A stretch of DNA of 64,000 bases from Candidatus Latescibacterota bacterium (GTDB taxonomy: Bacteria > Latescibacterota > UBA2968 > GCA-2709665). The notes beneath the pieces were generated by a model. It searched no databases. It worked only from the letters and a program-made list of their open reading frames with translations, and was not told the DNA's origin. The stretch's first letter is position 1. Each line of letters begins with the position of its first letter. Position numbers and translations under genes: made by a program. The stretch lies in the NCBI GenBank assembly GCA_965208835.1, contig OZ242358.1, positions 320,001-384,000 of the forward strand, in the 5' to 3' direction. Shown in pieces: positions 9,599 to 18,416 of the stretch.

Positions 9599-12178
9599 CG
9601 TCGAGCAGGAAATCCGTAATTGGCTTCATCAGCAACAGGATTGGATTCAGGAAGCAGTTGAGAAACTGCTAGCGTCAGGTAGTTTGGAGGATAACGACAT
9701 CCAGGCCATCTCGGATCGTCTTAAGACCCCAGATGGGCAGCAGATAACGACTCACCGCAACTTCGAGGGTATTGGAAATTCCTCCTCATCCACAACCGAC
9801 GTTCACCTCCTTTCAATTGGTGATATCTGCGGAATCGAAAATCTATGTCCGCATCGTCCCCTTACGTTCGGAACCGGAAATCTCGCCGTGATCTACGGAC
9901 CCAACGGTTCGGGAAAATCCGGTTACACGCGCATCCTCAATAGAGTGTGCGGGAAACCGCGTGCGAAGGAGATCAAGCCCAACGTATTCGATAGTCGCCC
10001 TGCGAATCAGCAGTGTCGGATACGTTACGCAATAGGGGAAGAATACCAATCAGTTATTTGGCGACCGAGCGACATTGCGTTAGAGGACCTAAGAGCTGTC
10101 GATATATTTGACGCTGATGCTGCCGCTTTCTACATCAGCGAGGAAAAAGCGGTCTCCTACATGCCTCAGGCGGTAACGATGTTTGAGGCGCTAGCAAGTG
10201 TTTGCGACAGGGTCAAAGAGAAACTCCAATTCGAAAAGAGTCGATTGGTCAGCCAGCTGCCTAATCTGCCGCCAGAATATAGGTCGACTCCTCCTGGTAA
10301 AACATATACCCAGTTGAAACACGACCTCACCGAGCAACAGATCCAGTGTTTGACCAAATGGGGAGACGATAACGAAGAGAAACTTGGAAAATTGACAGAA
10401 CGCCTTAGTGCGGACGACCCGGTAAAGCTGGCGAAGATTAAGCGCAGCACGATAAGCCAACTCGAACAATTAGAATCTCAGTTGACGAACGCGGCGGAAG
10501 CCACAGGCAAGCAACAGGTGGAGGCCCTTCGGACAGCTCGAGAAAACGCAAGTCAGAAACGCAAGATTGCCGAAGAGGCAACCAACTTAAGTAAGCCAAG
10601 CTAGGCGGTATCGGCACCGAAACATGGAACGCTCTATGGGAGGCAGCGCGTGATTATTCGCAAATTGCCTATCCAGGACGAGACTATCCCGTTACAGAGG
10701 ACGACGCGAGGTGCGTCTTGTGCCATCAGAAATTGGCTCACGAGGCACGGAAACGTCTGCAGGAATTCGAAACTTTTGTCCAGGATGTAGTTGAAACTGA
10801 AGCCAAGTCGGCTGAAAACACCTACCGTGAAACGCTGGCAAAACTACCGACCAAATGGGATGACGCGGAGATCCGAACTAGATGTGAAGCTGCCGGGTTG
10901 ACGGAGGGTTGTTGGATCGACAAGCTTAGATCCTTTTGGGACAGAGTGGACGAAACGTGTAAGGATCTCTTGAACGGTGAAAACGATTCAAGAGCTGTCG
11001 CCATAGAACGACCCGATGATCTCTTGTTCGAGATGGCAAAACGTTCCGAATTACTGGAACGGGATGCACTGCAGCTTGATGAGGATGCGGAGAATTTCGA
11101 TCGAGAACAGGCACGCCAAGACAAGCTGAGTTTAGAGGCTTTGCGTTGGACGGCACAGCAAGCGACTGCAATTCACCTCGAGATCGTTCGACTAAAGAAA
11201 ATCGAGGATTATGACGAATGGGAACGACTGGCAAACTCACGGAGAATATCCCTAATGGCTGGACGTGTGGCTGAGAGGGTAGTCACGCAGGCGTATGTGG
11301 ATCGGTTCAATCGAGAACTCAAGCTGTTGGGCGCGTCGCGAATAAAGGTCAAACTAACCAAGACCCAGACGAGAAAAGGGCAAGCACTCCATGGGCTCCG
11401 CCTGAAGGGTGTACAACCTACGACAGAGAATGCTCCCGAAGCGGTCCTGAGCGAAGGAGAGCGTCGCGTCGTTTCTCTGGCGGCTTTTTTGGCCGATGTG
11501 GCAGAGAAGCCCCATGCGGCGCCATTCATTTTTGATGATCCGATCTCGTCGCTGGACCAAGACTTCGAGGGGCATGTGGCGACTCGTCTTGCGCAACTGG
11601 CACAAAGCCGCCAGGTACTCGTGTTCACACACCGGTTGTCTCTCTATGGTGCGATGGAGGATGCCGCAAGAAAGGTTGGTGCAGTTTGGAAAGACAGACA
11701 CCTTCAGCAGTGCTGTATTGAGTCGTTCTCAGGGTCCGCAGGACACCCGGCGGATGACGCTGTCTGGAATGTCAACACGAGGAAGGGCAACAATATCCTT
11801 TTGGAACGCCTCAAAGAGGCCAAGAAGGCCGGCGAAACGGGCGGTTCAAATGCCTACCAGATCCATGCACAGGGGATCTGCACTGATTTTCGCAAGCTTC
11901 TGGAGCGGACCGTCGAAGATGACTTATTGAATCAGGTCGTACGGCGGCACAGAAGGAGTGTAACGACGGAAAATAGATTGAATCCACTTGCAAGTATCAC
12001 ACGTGGAGACTGCGAATTTATCGACAATCTGATGACCAAGTATTCCTGCTACGAGCACAGTCAGTCGATGGAAACGCCGGCTTTCATTCCCGATGAGCCG
12101 GAACTTCGCGCTGACTTGGAGTCGCTGAAAGCATGGCGCGAAGAATTCAGGAAGCGTCCGCCGGAGTCCGGCATATGA
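9591..12178 (+). pseudogene. RloC-like Rad50/SMC-type ABC ATPase with Zn-hook and HEPN-like C-terminus, split by a frameshift at ~10593-10601
   Basis: Walker A GPNGSGKS in ORF 9591-10604. The -1 frame continues AKLGGIGTETWNALWEAAR...RCVLCHQ (CxxC hook), then LSEGE signature, Walker B IFDDPISSLD, FTH and C-terminal FRKLLE...YEHS. Confidence 0.75.
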
Positions 12179-12210
12179 GCAACGTTGGCCGACCTGAGAT
12201 CCTCGCTCAA
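12175..12210 (+). pseudogene. Putative remnant of an hsdR 5' end
   Basis: ATG overlaps the ATPase stop (ATGA); MSNVGRPEILAQ resembles the intact HsdR start MTSVGQKEIRTQ at 20431. Confidence 0.5.
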
Positions 12211-12415
12211 GTGTTTCCAATCTTGATGCCCTGCGGGACCACGCGACTGCCGTATTCTGGTTACATTGTAGCGTGTTCTGTTTCTGGCAAGATACGTAAA
12301 GGCCCGTCGTAAGAGGTTTCTCCTCTCAACTTAATGGGACACGATCCACGACTTGCGAGTTCATCAACTCAAGCGGTCGATTTTAGCGAAAAGTCACGCA
12401 AAAACCCAGATCGTG

Positions 12416-12444
12416 TTGAATGCTAAGCCGATCGTGACTATAAT
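12416..12444 (+). promoter_or_regulatory. Sigma70-type promoter at the head of the inserted defence block
   Basis: TTGAAT-17 nt-TATAAT. Confidence 0.6.
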
Positions 12445-12538
12445 AGTGCAAATATCGTATCAATGAGATTCGCATTGGGGCGCGGAATTACAGATGATCA
12501 CCTAATCCTTAGGCCAGATAATTTAAGCCACAGGCGAT

Positions 12539-12820
12539 CTGGAGAATGGTGCACCAGCACATGTTGGGTATTTCGAAGACGACACTCGTTCCAAGCGCCA
12601 GGCCCGGGAGTTTGAACCCGATGCCTTGTAGCGGATCGACTCCGCGCTCACCGTCTACTTCGATCCGGAACGGGAAGACCTATCGTCAGAACAGGTGAAG
12701 CTGTGGCGACAGGGAATCTGGAATCAGGGTTTCGTCCCTGTGCTATGAAAAGTTCCGCGACATAGGATTGATCTCCAAAACGGCTTCGGCTGTCCGAAAC
12801 GTATAGAGGATGCGGCGCCT
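12539..12820 (+). pseudogene. Degraded gene fragment, possibly the N-terminus of an N6-DNA methylase/type IIG-like enzyme
   Basis: One frame reads ...FEPDAL*RIDSALTVYFD...KLWRQGIWNQGFVPVL*KVPRHRIDLQNGFGCP, with two stops each one base from TGG. Family assignment is from memory and weak. Confidence 0.35.
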
Positions 12821-12859
12821 TCTCTTCGGCCAGGTGTGGCCCATCGAATTGTAATCGTT

Positions 12860-13342
12860 ATGGCGGTAACGTTTTTGGAACATGAGATAGAGTCGTTGAT
12901 ACAAGAGCGCAAGCAACTGCCTCAGGATTGGCGTACCCGGATTCGTCTAAAGTCCAAGCGTGGCCACGAAGAACAACACCTTGATATAGCAGGTGATGCG
13001 GGGAGCGAGTTTCGTCTGATTTTCAGGCAGAATAAGATCAATCCCCTCGACTTCTCAGTTATTCTGGCCGTTCGAGTACCGGGATCAAACCAACTCTTCC
13101 GCCTCCGGCGCTATAATGGCAAAGGCCAAGAACATTCGAACCGCATTGAAGGCGTGAAATTCTATGATTTTCACATTCATGTTGCTACGGAGAGGTATCA
13201 GGAACTCGGAACCAGGGAGGATGCGTACGCCGATCCAACCGACCGTTTCGGAGACTATCACGGTGCCCTTCGTTGTCTGATTTCCGATGTGAATCTTGTG
13301 GTGCCGCCGGACCTCCAAGTTGACCTTTTCGAGGAGGTGTAA
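12860..13342 (+). CDS. Hypothetical protein with conserved-looking His motifs, partner of the DUF1828 gene
   Basis: RLRRYNGKGQEHSN...FYDFHIH; stop is 3 nt before the next ORF, whose GAGGAGG RBS lies in its 3' end. Confidence 0.7.
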   Translation: MAVTFLEHEIESLIQERKQLPQDWRTRIRLKSKRGHEEQHLDIAGDAGSEFRLIFRQNKINPLDFSVILAVRVPGSNQLFRLRRYNGKGQEHSNRIEGVKFYDFHIHVATERYQELGTREDAYADPTDRFGDYHGALRCLISDVNLVVPPDLQVDLFEEV

Positions 13343-13345
13343 GCA

Positions 13346-14122
13346 ATGTCCTTTGAGACCATAGAGCGAGACTTTCACGAGAAGGTCTCGGCTCAGATTC
13401 GGATTGCGGCCGAGGGTATGGAACGCTTCCGCGTGTTTACCCCGTTCATGTTCGACGACGGCGATCATCTGGACATCGTTTTAAGGAAGGACGGTACACG
13501 TTGGGTGCTTTCCGATGAAGCGCATACGTATATGCATCTGACATACGACATCGATGAGAAGGATCTCCATGGTGGCACGCGTCAAAAAATCATCTCAAAT
13601 ACACTTTCCATGTTTCAGATCGAGGATCGCGACGGAGAGTTGATACTCGACGTGCCGGAGGAACGTTACGGTGACGCACTGTATTCGTTCGTTCAGGGGC
13701 TACTCAAGATATCTGACGTTTCGTACTTAACTCGGGCAAGGGTTAGTTCCACATTTATGGACGATTTTCGTACGGTGATGAGTAATGCCCTACCTGAAGA
13801 GCGCAGAGAGTTTGACTGGAGCGATCCTTTAAGGGATCCTCAAGGAAAGTATACGGTTGACTGTCGAGTCAACGGTATGCAGCGGCCCTTGTTCGTTCAT
13901 GCCCTTGCCAACGACGGCAGGACCCGCGACGCCACGATCTCGCTTCATCAATTCGAACGGTGGGAAATACCGTTTCGTTCACTCGCTATTTTCGAAGATC
14001 AGGAGTCCATCAGTCGTAAGGTGTTAGCCCGCTTCAGTGACGTCTGCGAGAAGCAATTCTCCAGCCTCACTGCAAATCAAGAGAGGATAACGCGCTTTCT
14101 GAGCGAGAACATATCGGGATAA
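13346..14122 (+). CDS. DUF1828/DUF1829-like protein
   Basis: FRVFTPFMFDDGDHLDIVL...WVLSDEAHT matches the DUF1828 pattern; the C-terminal half (GKYTVDCRV) is DUF1829-like. Confidence 0.7.
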   Translation: MSFETIERDFHEKVSAQIRIAAEGMERFRVFTPFMFDDGDHLDIVLRKDGTRWVLSDEAHTYMHLTYDIDEKDLHGGTRQKIISNTLSMFQIEDRDGELILDVPEERYGDALYSFVQGLLKISDVSYLTRARVSSTFMDDFRTVMSNALPEERREFDWSDPLRDPQGKYTVDCRVNGMQRPLFVHALANDGRTRDATISLHQFERWEIPFRSLAIFEDQESISRKVLARFSDVCEKQFSSLTANQERITRFLSENISG

Positions 14123-14341
14123 ACCACGATTTAAGTAGACTTGCTTAGATCGCCTTGGCGGAGTTGTGCCGGGACAGGATCCGTTCTGTCAAAAAGGGAG
14201 TGATGCTGCAGCTTCTTCCTAGACGGATGAGCCTGATCGAACTGAGTTTTAGATGGCACAACGGGCCAACGTTAGACACACGGAACCGAGTTTCTTCAAT
14301 TACAGACCTGTGATGCCAAAACACAGATTTCAGGAGGCATT

Positions 14342-15304
14342 TTGATGGTCAATGCCGTAAATAGCCAGCAAGAGTCAGCGCCAACGATTGTTGAGGACGA
14401 ACACTTTCCGGGGCTATATCAGAGTGCCGATCGGTCCTCGATCTCGGCACAGCGGCGCTATATTCACTTTCATCGATGGCATTTATTCTGTCTTATCTTT
14501 GGGAGCGTTAGTGTCGCCATAGCGACGAAATTTCCAGTTGCCGCCACATGGACCTACGTTCTCCTAGCGATCGTTCTGGCAATTGGCATCTTTCTTACTC
14601 TGATATCCCGGGTCCGTCGGGATAATGAAGTTTGGTTTGACTGTCGGGCGATTGCTGAGTCAACAAAGACCGCCACATGGCGATTCATGATGAAGGCTGA
14701 ACCATTCAAGGATGACAGTACGTCTGAGCAGTCATTTCTTGAGAAACTTCGGCAAATTAGAGGGGCGAGACCTTCCAGCCCGAAGGATTTAGCGCAAAAC
14801 CTCGATGCAAACGCTCAATCCGTTAGTGGTTTTATGAATGAAATTCGTCGGAAATCCGTGGAAGAACGGCGGAACCTATATCTTGAGTCGCGGCTTCGCG
14901 ATCAAAAAACCTGGTATTCAAATAAAGCCATCTTCAATTCAAGGAAGGAAAATCGTTGGTCTTGGACAGTTGTTGTGCTACAGATTTCCGCCATTGTTTT
15001 TGCGATTATTCAGGCGTGTTTGAGTGGCTTACCATTAAACGTGGTCCCATTGTTGATGACTTGCGCTGCTTCTGCGGTCGCCTGGAGCCATATGAAGCGC
15101 TACAGTGAGCTGGCTCAGTCCTATTCGCTCGCCGCCCAGGAACTCGGAGATCAGGAAACAGTCGCGTTGGATATAACGGAAGAGGCTGATTTCCTCGAAC
15201 TCGTGGAGCAGGTCGAGGAGACTATCTCTCGTGAGCACACTATGTGGTGTGTACGGCGAAATGTAATTTTCGGTCCAACCCACGCGGACGACGAAATGGC
15301 GTAA
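14342..15304 (+). CDS. DUF4231 / tandem SLATT-domain membrane effector (4 TM)
   Basis: FPGLYQSADRSSISAQRRY + 2 TM + WFDCRAIAESTKTATWRFMMKAEPF; then YLESRLRDQKTWYSNKA + 2 TM + LAQSYSLAAQEL...VEETISREHTMW. Confidence 0.85.
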   Translation: MMVNAVNSQQESAPTIVEDEHFPGLYQSADRSSISAQRRYIHFHRWHLFCLIFGSVSVAIATKFPVAATWTYVLLAIVLAIGIFLTLISRVRRDNEVWFDCRAIAESTKTATWRFMMKAEPFKDDSTSEQSFLEKLRQIRGARPSSPKDLAQNLDANAQSVSGFMNEIRRKSVEERRNLYLESRLRDQKTWYSNKAIFNSRKENRWSWTVVVLQISAIVFAIIQACLSGLPLNVVPLLMTCAASAVAWSHMKRYSELAQSYSLAAQELGDQETVALDITEEADFLELVEQVEETISREHTMWCVRRNVIFGPTHADDEMA

Positions 15305-15353
15305 AGTCAGTATTCTGTTCCGAAACTTACTCTTCGATGGACAGAAGTCTTAC

Positions 15354-16418
15354 GTGGCGTTCTTCAGATTCAAGCAATCAAGGATGATTAGGATGACAAT
15401 CCAACATTGCGATGGAGCCAAATACCTTAACGTCGAATCCTCTACGGCAATCGAACGAAGCCAGGAGTTATACATCGCTGAGACAACCGTTCAACTACCT
15501 TGTTTCTTTCCTTCAGTTTCGAGCGTGAAGACAAGCCTATCGCCGGTCAGTTACGCTGACTTTCTGACCGTTACTGGTCATCCACTATTTTTAGCCTCTG
15601 CATATGATTTAGCCCATTGTCCTGATGATCAGCGCCCGGGCATGGAAACTGCCCTTAATAGACGTATAGATAGCGGTGCCGTTGTACTTATTGATAGCGG
15701 AAACTACGAAAGCTATTGGAAACAAGATTCCGATTGGGGACCGGCTGATTTTCATAAGGTCGTGCAATCCTATCAACACGATCTCTGCTTCTGTTTTGAT
15801 AACCTGATGCCACCTGACTCTCCGAAATTGATCTCCGACGATGTCGTGGCAGGTGTAACAAGAGATCAGGAGAATGCACAGACAACAGTGCTTCCGATAG
15901 TCCATGGCAACGCGGAAGCACTGCCTGATGCGGCGCGATTAACAGCGGAAAAGCTCTACCCTTTATTGTTGGCTGTCGCGGAACGAGATTTGGGTGAGGG
16001 AATTCTCGATCGGGTTCGCACCGTACGGAGAATCCGAGTAGCGTTAAACGCATTAGGCTTCTATTGCCCGCTTCACCTGCTTGGAACCGGAAATCCGATT
16101 TCAATCATTGCCTATACATTGGCAGGAGCCGATAGTTTTGATGGATTGGAATGGTGTCAGGCGGTCGTTGATCACGAGAATGGCAGGCTCTTACATTTTC
16201 AGCAATGGGATTTGATCCGAAACCAAACAGAGTGGGGTCAATCTCCCGTACTACCGTACGTCCAATCTGTCTTAATGCACAATCTGGTTTTTTATCGCGA
16301 GTTCATGGTAGGGTTTCAGGAAGCACTGTATACCGGAAGAGTTGAATCGTTCGTACAAAAGTATGTAACTAAGGAACAATTGGATCTACTATTGCCTGCT
16401 ATCGAAGGAGTTCAATAG
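15354..16418 (+). CDS. tRNA-guanine transglycosylase (TGT)-like protein, Cap10-like
   Basis: TGT barrel motifs in order: LPCFFP, LIDSGNY, CFD, PIVHG, LHLLGTG, GADSFDG, HNL. Lacks the CxCxxC Zn site. Start may be 15384 or 15393. Confidence 0.8.
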   Translation: MAFFRFKQSRMIRMTIQHCDGAKYLNVESSTAIERSQELYIAETTVQLPCFFPSVSSVKTSLSPVSYADFLTVTGHPLFLASAYDLAHCPDDQRPGMETALNRRIDSGAVVLIDSGNYESYWKQDSDWGPADFHKVVQSYQHDLCFCFDNLMPPDSPKLISDDVVAGVTRDQENAQTTVLPIVHGNAEALPDAARLTAEKLYPLLLAVAERDLGEGILDRVRTVRRIRVALNALGFYCPLHLLGTGNPISIIAYTLAGADSFDGLEWCQAVVDHENGRLLHFQQWDLIRNQTEWGQSPVLPYVQSVLMHNLVFYREFMVGFQEALYTGRVESFVQKYVTKEQLDLLLPAIEGVQ

Positions 16419-16419
16419 C

Positions 16420-17133
16420 TTGGCGCCGAAAAATTTCACGCTACTTTCTATCGAACAAGCGATCCGCGATGTGTGCAACACATTACAAGAACGCCCGACT
16501 GTGTCCTGGAGAAACCACAGCGAAGATGAACTGTGGAGAGAGCTTGTGTCATGTATCCTGGGTAGTCGGGTAAGAGTCAAGGCTGTTAATGCTGCCATCG
16601 AACGCATGAGCAGTATGTGTCTGTTGACGCGACCCCATCCACGCGCTTGTTTTAATCAACTTGAACAGGACACTATAACAGCGCTTACGGGAGGTTATCC
16701 TTTTTTTCGTGTCCGTGCCAATCAGATTCGGCGGGCGGCAGAACACATATACACTTCCCGAGGGTCAATTCTAAACCTGCTTAATGACTTAGATGACGTT
16801 TGTATAGCTCGAAGACTGTTAGTGCGAGAGGTTCCGGGTCTGGGACCGAAACAGGCAAGTCTTTTCCTCCGCAACATATGTTTCGCAAAGTACATTGCGA
16901 TCTTGGATGTACATATACTGACTTATTTGCGGTGGATAGGCATTACAGACTCATCGCTAAAATCGATTCCGAATCTAGGCCAATACGAAGCGTTGGAAGG
17001 CGCCTTTATCGAACATGCTTGTGCATTCGGATACTCGCCTGACCGGTTCGACCTTGCAGTCTGGATTGTAATAAGGGTAGTAAAGGAGGAATCCAAAATT
17101 GCGGATCGTGACTCTTGTATCGGGTGGATTTGA
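16420..17133 (+). CDS. HhH N-glycosylase/DNA lyase (OGG-like), Cap11-like
   Basis: ELWRELVSCILGS, HhH motif VPGLGPKQASLFLRN with catalytic-type Lys, AILDVH with Asp, C-terminal DLAVW. Confidence 0.85.
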   Translation: MAPKNFTLLSIEQAIRDVCNTLQERPTVSWRNHSEDELWRELVSCILGSRVRVKAVNAAIERMSSMCLLTRPHPRACFNQLEQDTITALTGGYPFFRVRANQIRRAAEHIYTSRGSILNLLNDLDDVCIARRLLVREVPGLGPKQASLFLRNICFAKYIAILDVHILTYLRWIGITDSSLKSIPNLGQYEALEGAFIEHACAFGYSPDRFDLAVWIVIRVVKEESKIADRDSCIGWI

Positions 17134-17695
17134 TTCAACTCTTGTGAGCGTGATGGCGAAAGAGGAGGGAGCAGAGCTGTTTCCGCTTTTTGTTGATTAC
17201 GGCCAACTTGCCGTGCGCAATGAATGGGCGGCCTGCAAGCGACTTCACTCACAATTCGGTCTACCACCTGTTACGTACATGGATTTGTCTGGGTTTGGTA
17301 AGACGATCTCGAGTGGTCTCACAGACTGTAGTTTACGTATTAATGAAGATGCTTTTTTGCCGGGTCGCAATCTCCTATTTGTCTTGGCAGGAGCGGCTCA
17401 TGCTATTGATGTTCAGGCAAATAGCATCGCGCTCGGACTACTGAATCCCGCGGATCACATTTTTCCAGACCAAACGAAACAGTTTTTGGAAGAATGTGAA
17501 AGGATGATCGAGGTTGCGATGGGGAGCCGCATTCTTGTCCTTGCGCCTTTACTCGAGTTGTCAAAGCGAGATGTCTTGCTCTTGGCTAGCAAACGAGGGA
17601 TCACACAAGCCTATTCGTGTCATGCTGGTGGTGAAGAACCTTGTGGAGTGTGTATCGCATGCATTGAGATATATAATGCGAAAAAAAGGAGGTAA
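17099..17695 (+). CDS. QueC-like PP-loop ATPase, Cap9-like
   Basis: PP-loop VSGGFDS, VDYGQ, LPGRNLLF, FPD, APLLELSK and Zn site SC...PCGVCIAC. TTG start with AAGGAGG RBS, overlapping the glycosylase gene. Confidence 0.92.
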   Translation: MRIVTLVSGGFDSTLVSVMAKEEGAELFPLFVDYGQLAVRNEWAACKRLHSQFGLPPVTYMDLSGFGKTISSGLTDCSLRINEDAFLPGRNLLFVLAGAAHAIDVQANSIALGLLNPADHIFPDQTKQFLEECERMIEVAMGSRILVLAPLLELSKRDVLLLASKRGITQAYSCHAGGEEPCGVCIACIEIYNAKKRR

Positions 17696-17697
17696 TG

Positions 17698-18201
17698 ATG
17701 GGTGGCATCGGCAGTGGTAGAGGATTGGACCCAAACGAAATGGAGACACTCGAGCAGCGTGTCAGAAGGTCATTTAGGGATCGTGTCGACGAGCACAAAC
17801 GCAATGTGTTTATTAGTTTTACGTCGGATGATCTCAGTGAGGTTAACTTGCTTCGTGCTCAGGCGAGGAACCAAGACAGCAACATTAGCTTTAATGATTG
17901 GTCACTGAGAAAGCCGTTCGATAGTGAGGCAGCCGACTACATCAGGCGCGGCATCAGGGAACGTATTCGCCAATCCTCTGTGACTGTTGTTTATGTGTCT
18001 GAAAACACCGCTGATAGCAGATGGGTCAACTGGGAGATACGAGAGAGCCTTGCAATGGGGAAGGGCATCGTCGCCATGCACAAAGGAAATACACCGCCAC
18101 GAAGACTTCCTAAGGCGATAACCGAAAACAATATCAGTGTCGTACCATGGAGACAGGATCGTCTTGCAAGTATCATTGAGAGGGAATCCGAGAATCGTTA
18201 G
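17698..18201 (+). CDS. TIR domain protein (DUF1863/MTH538, ThsB-like) with Gly-rich N-terminal extension
   Basis: NVFISF, DWSL, IRERIRQSSVTVVYVS and SRWVNWEI with the catalytic-type Glu. AGGAGG at 17687-17692 is spaced for ATG 17698 (MGGIGSG). Confidence 0.9.
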   Translation: MGGIGSGRGLDPNEMETLEQRVRRSFRDRVDEHKRNVFISFTSDDLSEVNLLRAQARNQDSNISFNDWSLRKPFDSEAADYIRRGIRERIRQSSVTVVYVSENTADSRWVNWEIRESLAMGKGIVAMHKGNTPPRRLPKAITENNISVVPWRQDRLASIIERESENR

Positions 18202-18416
18202 AAGCGCAGCTGTAAACATAGCCTCGACATTTTTCAATGGTTATTGCTGGGATCTGTCCGCAAAAAGAATAGATATTGACGTCTCGGGTCAACGATTCAC
18301 GAAGCCAACAGGCGTATATGGAGATAAAGTGAATTTGAACGAACAAGATTTCTCGCGCCTCCTGGGATTGCTAAGTTGACTTCTTACAATAAGGTACTCG
18401 CTGAGGAGGGTCCCAA

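Noticed and set aside
10580-10604. Programmed -1 ribosomal frameshift in the ATPase
   Set aside because: No X-XXY-YYZ slippery heptamer in the permitted 10593-10601 interval; a point deletion or assembly error is simpler.
15354-17695. Housekeeping queuosine genes or a Dpd (7-deazaguanine-in-DNA) modification cluster
   Set aside because: No folE/queD/queE/queF or dpdB/C-like genes in the window; the TGT lacks the Zn motif; linkage to OGG, TIR and SLATT fits the CBASS-IV-like module better.
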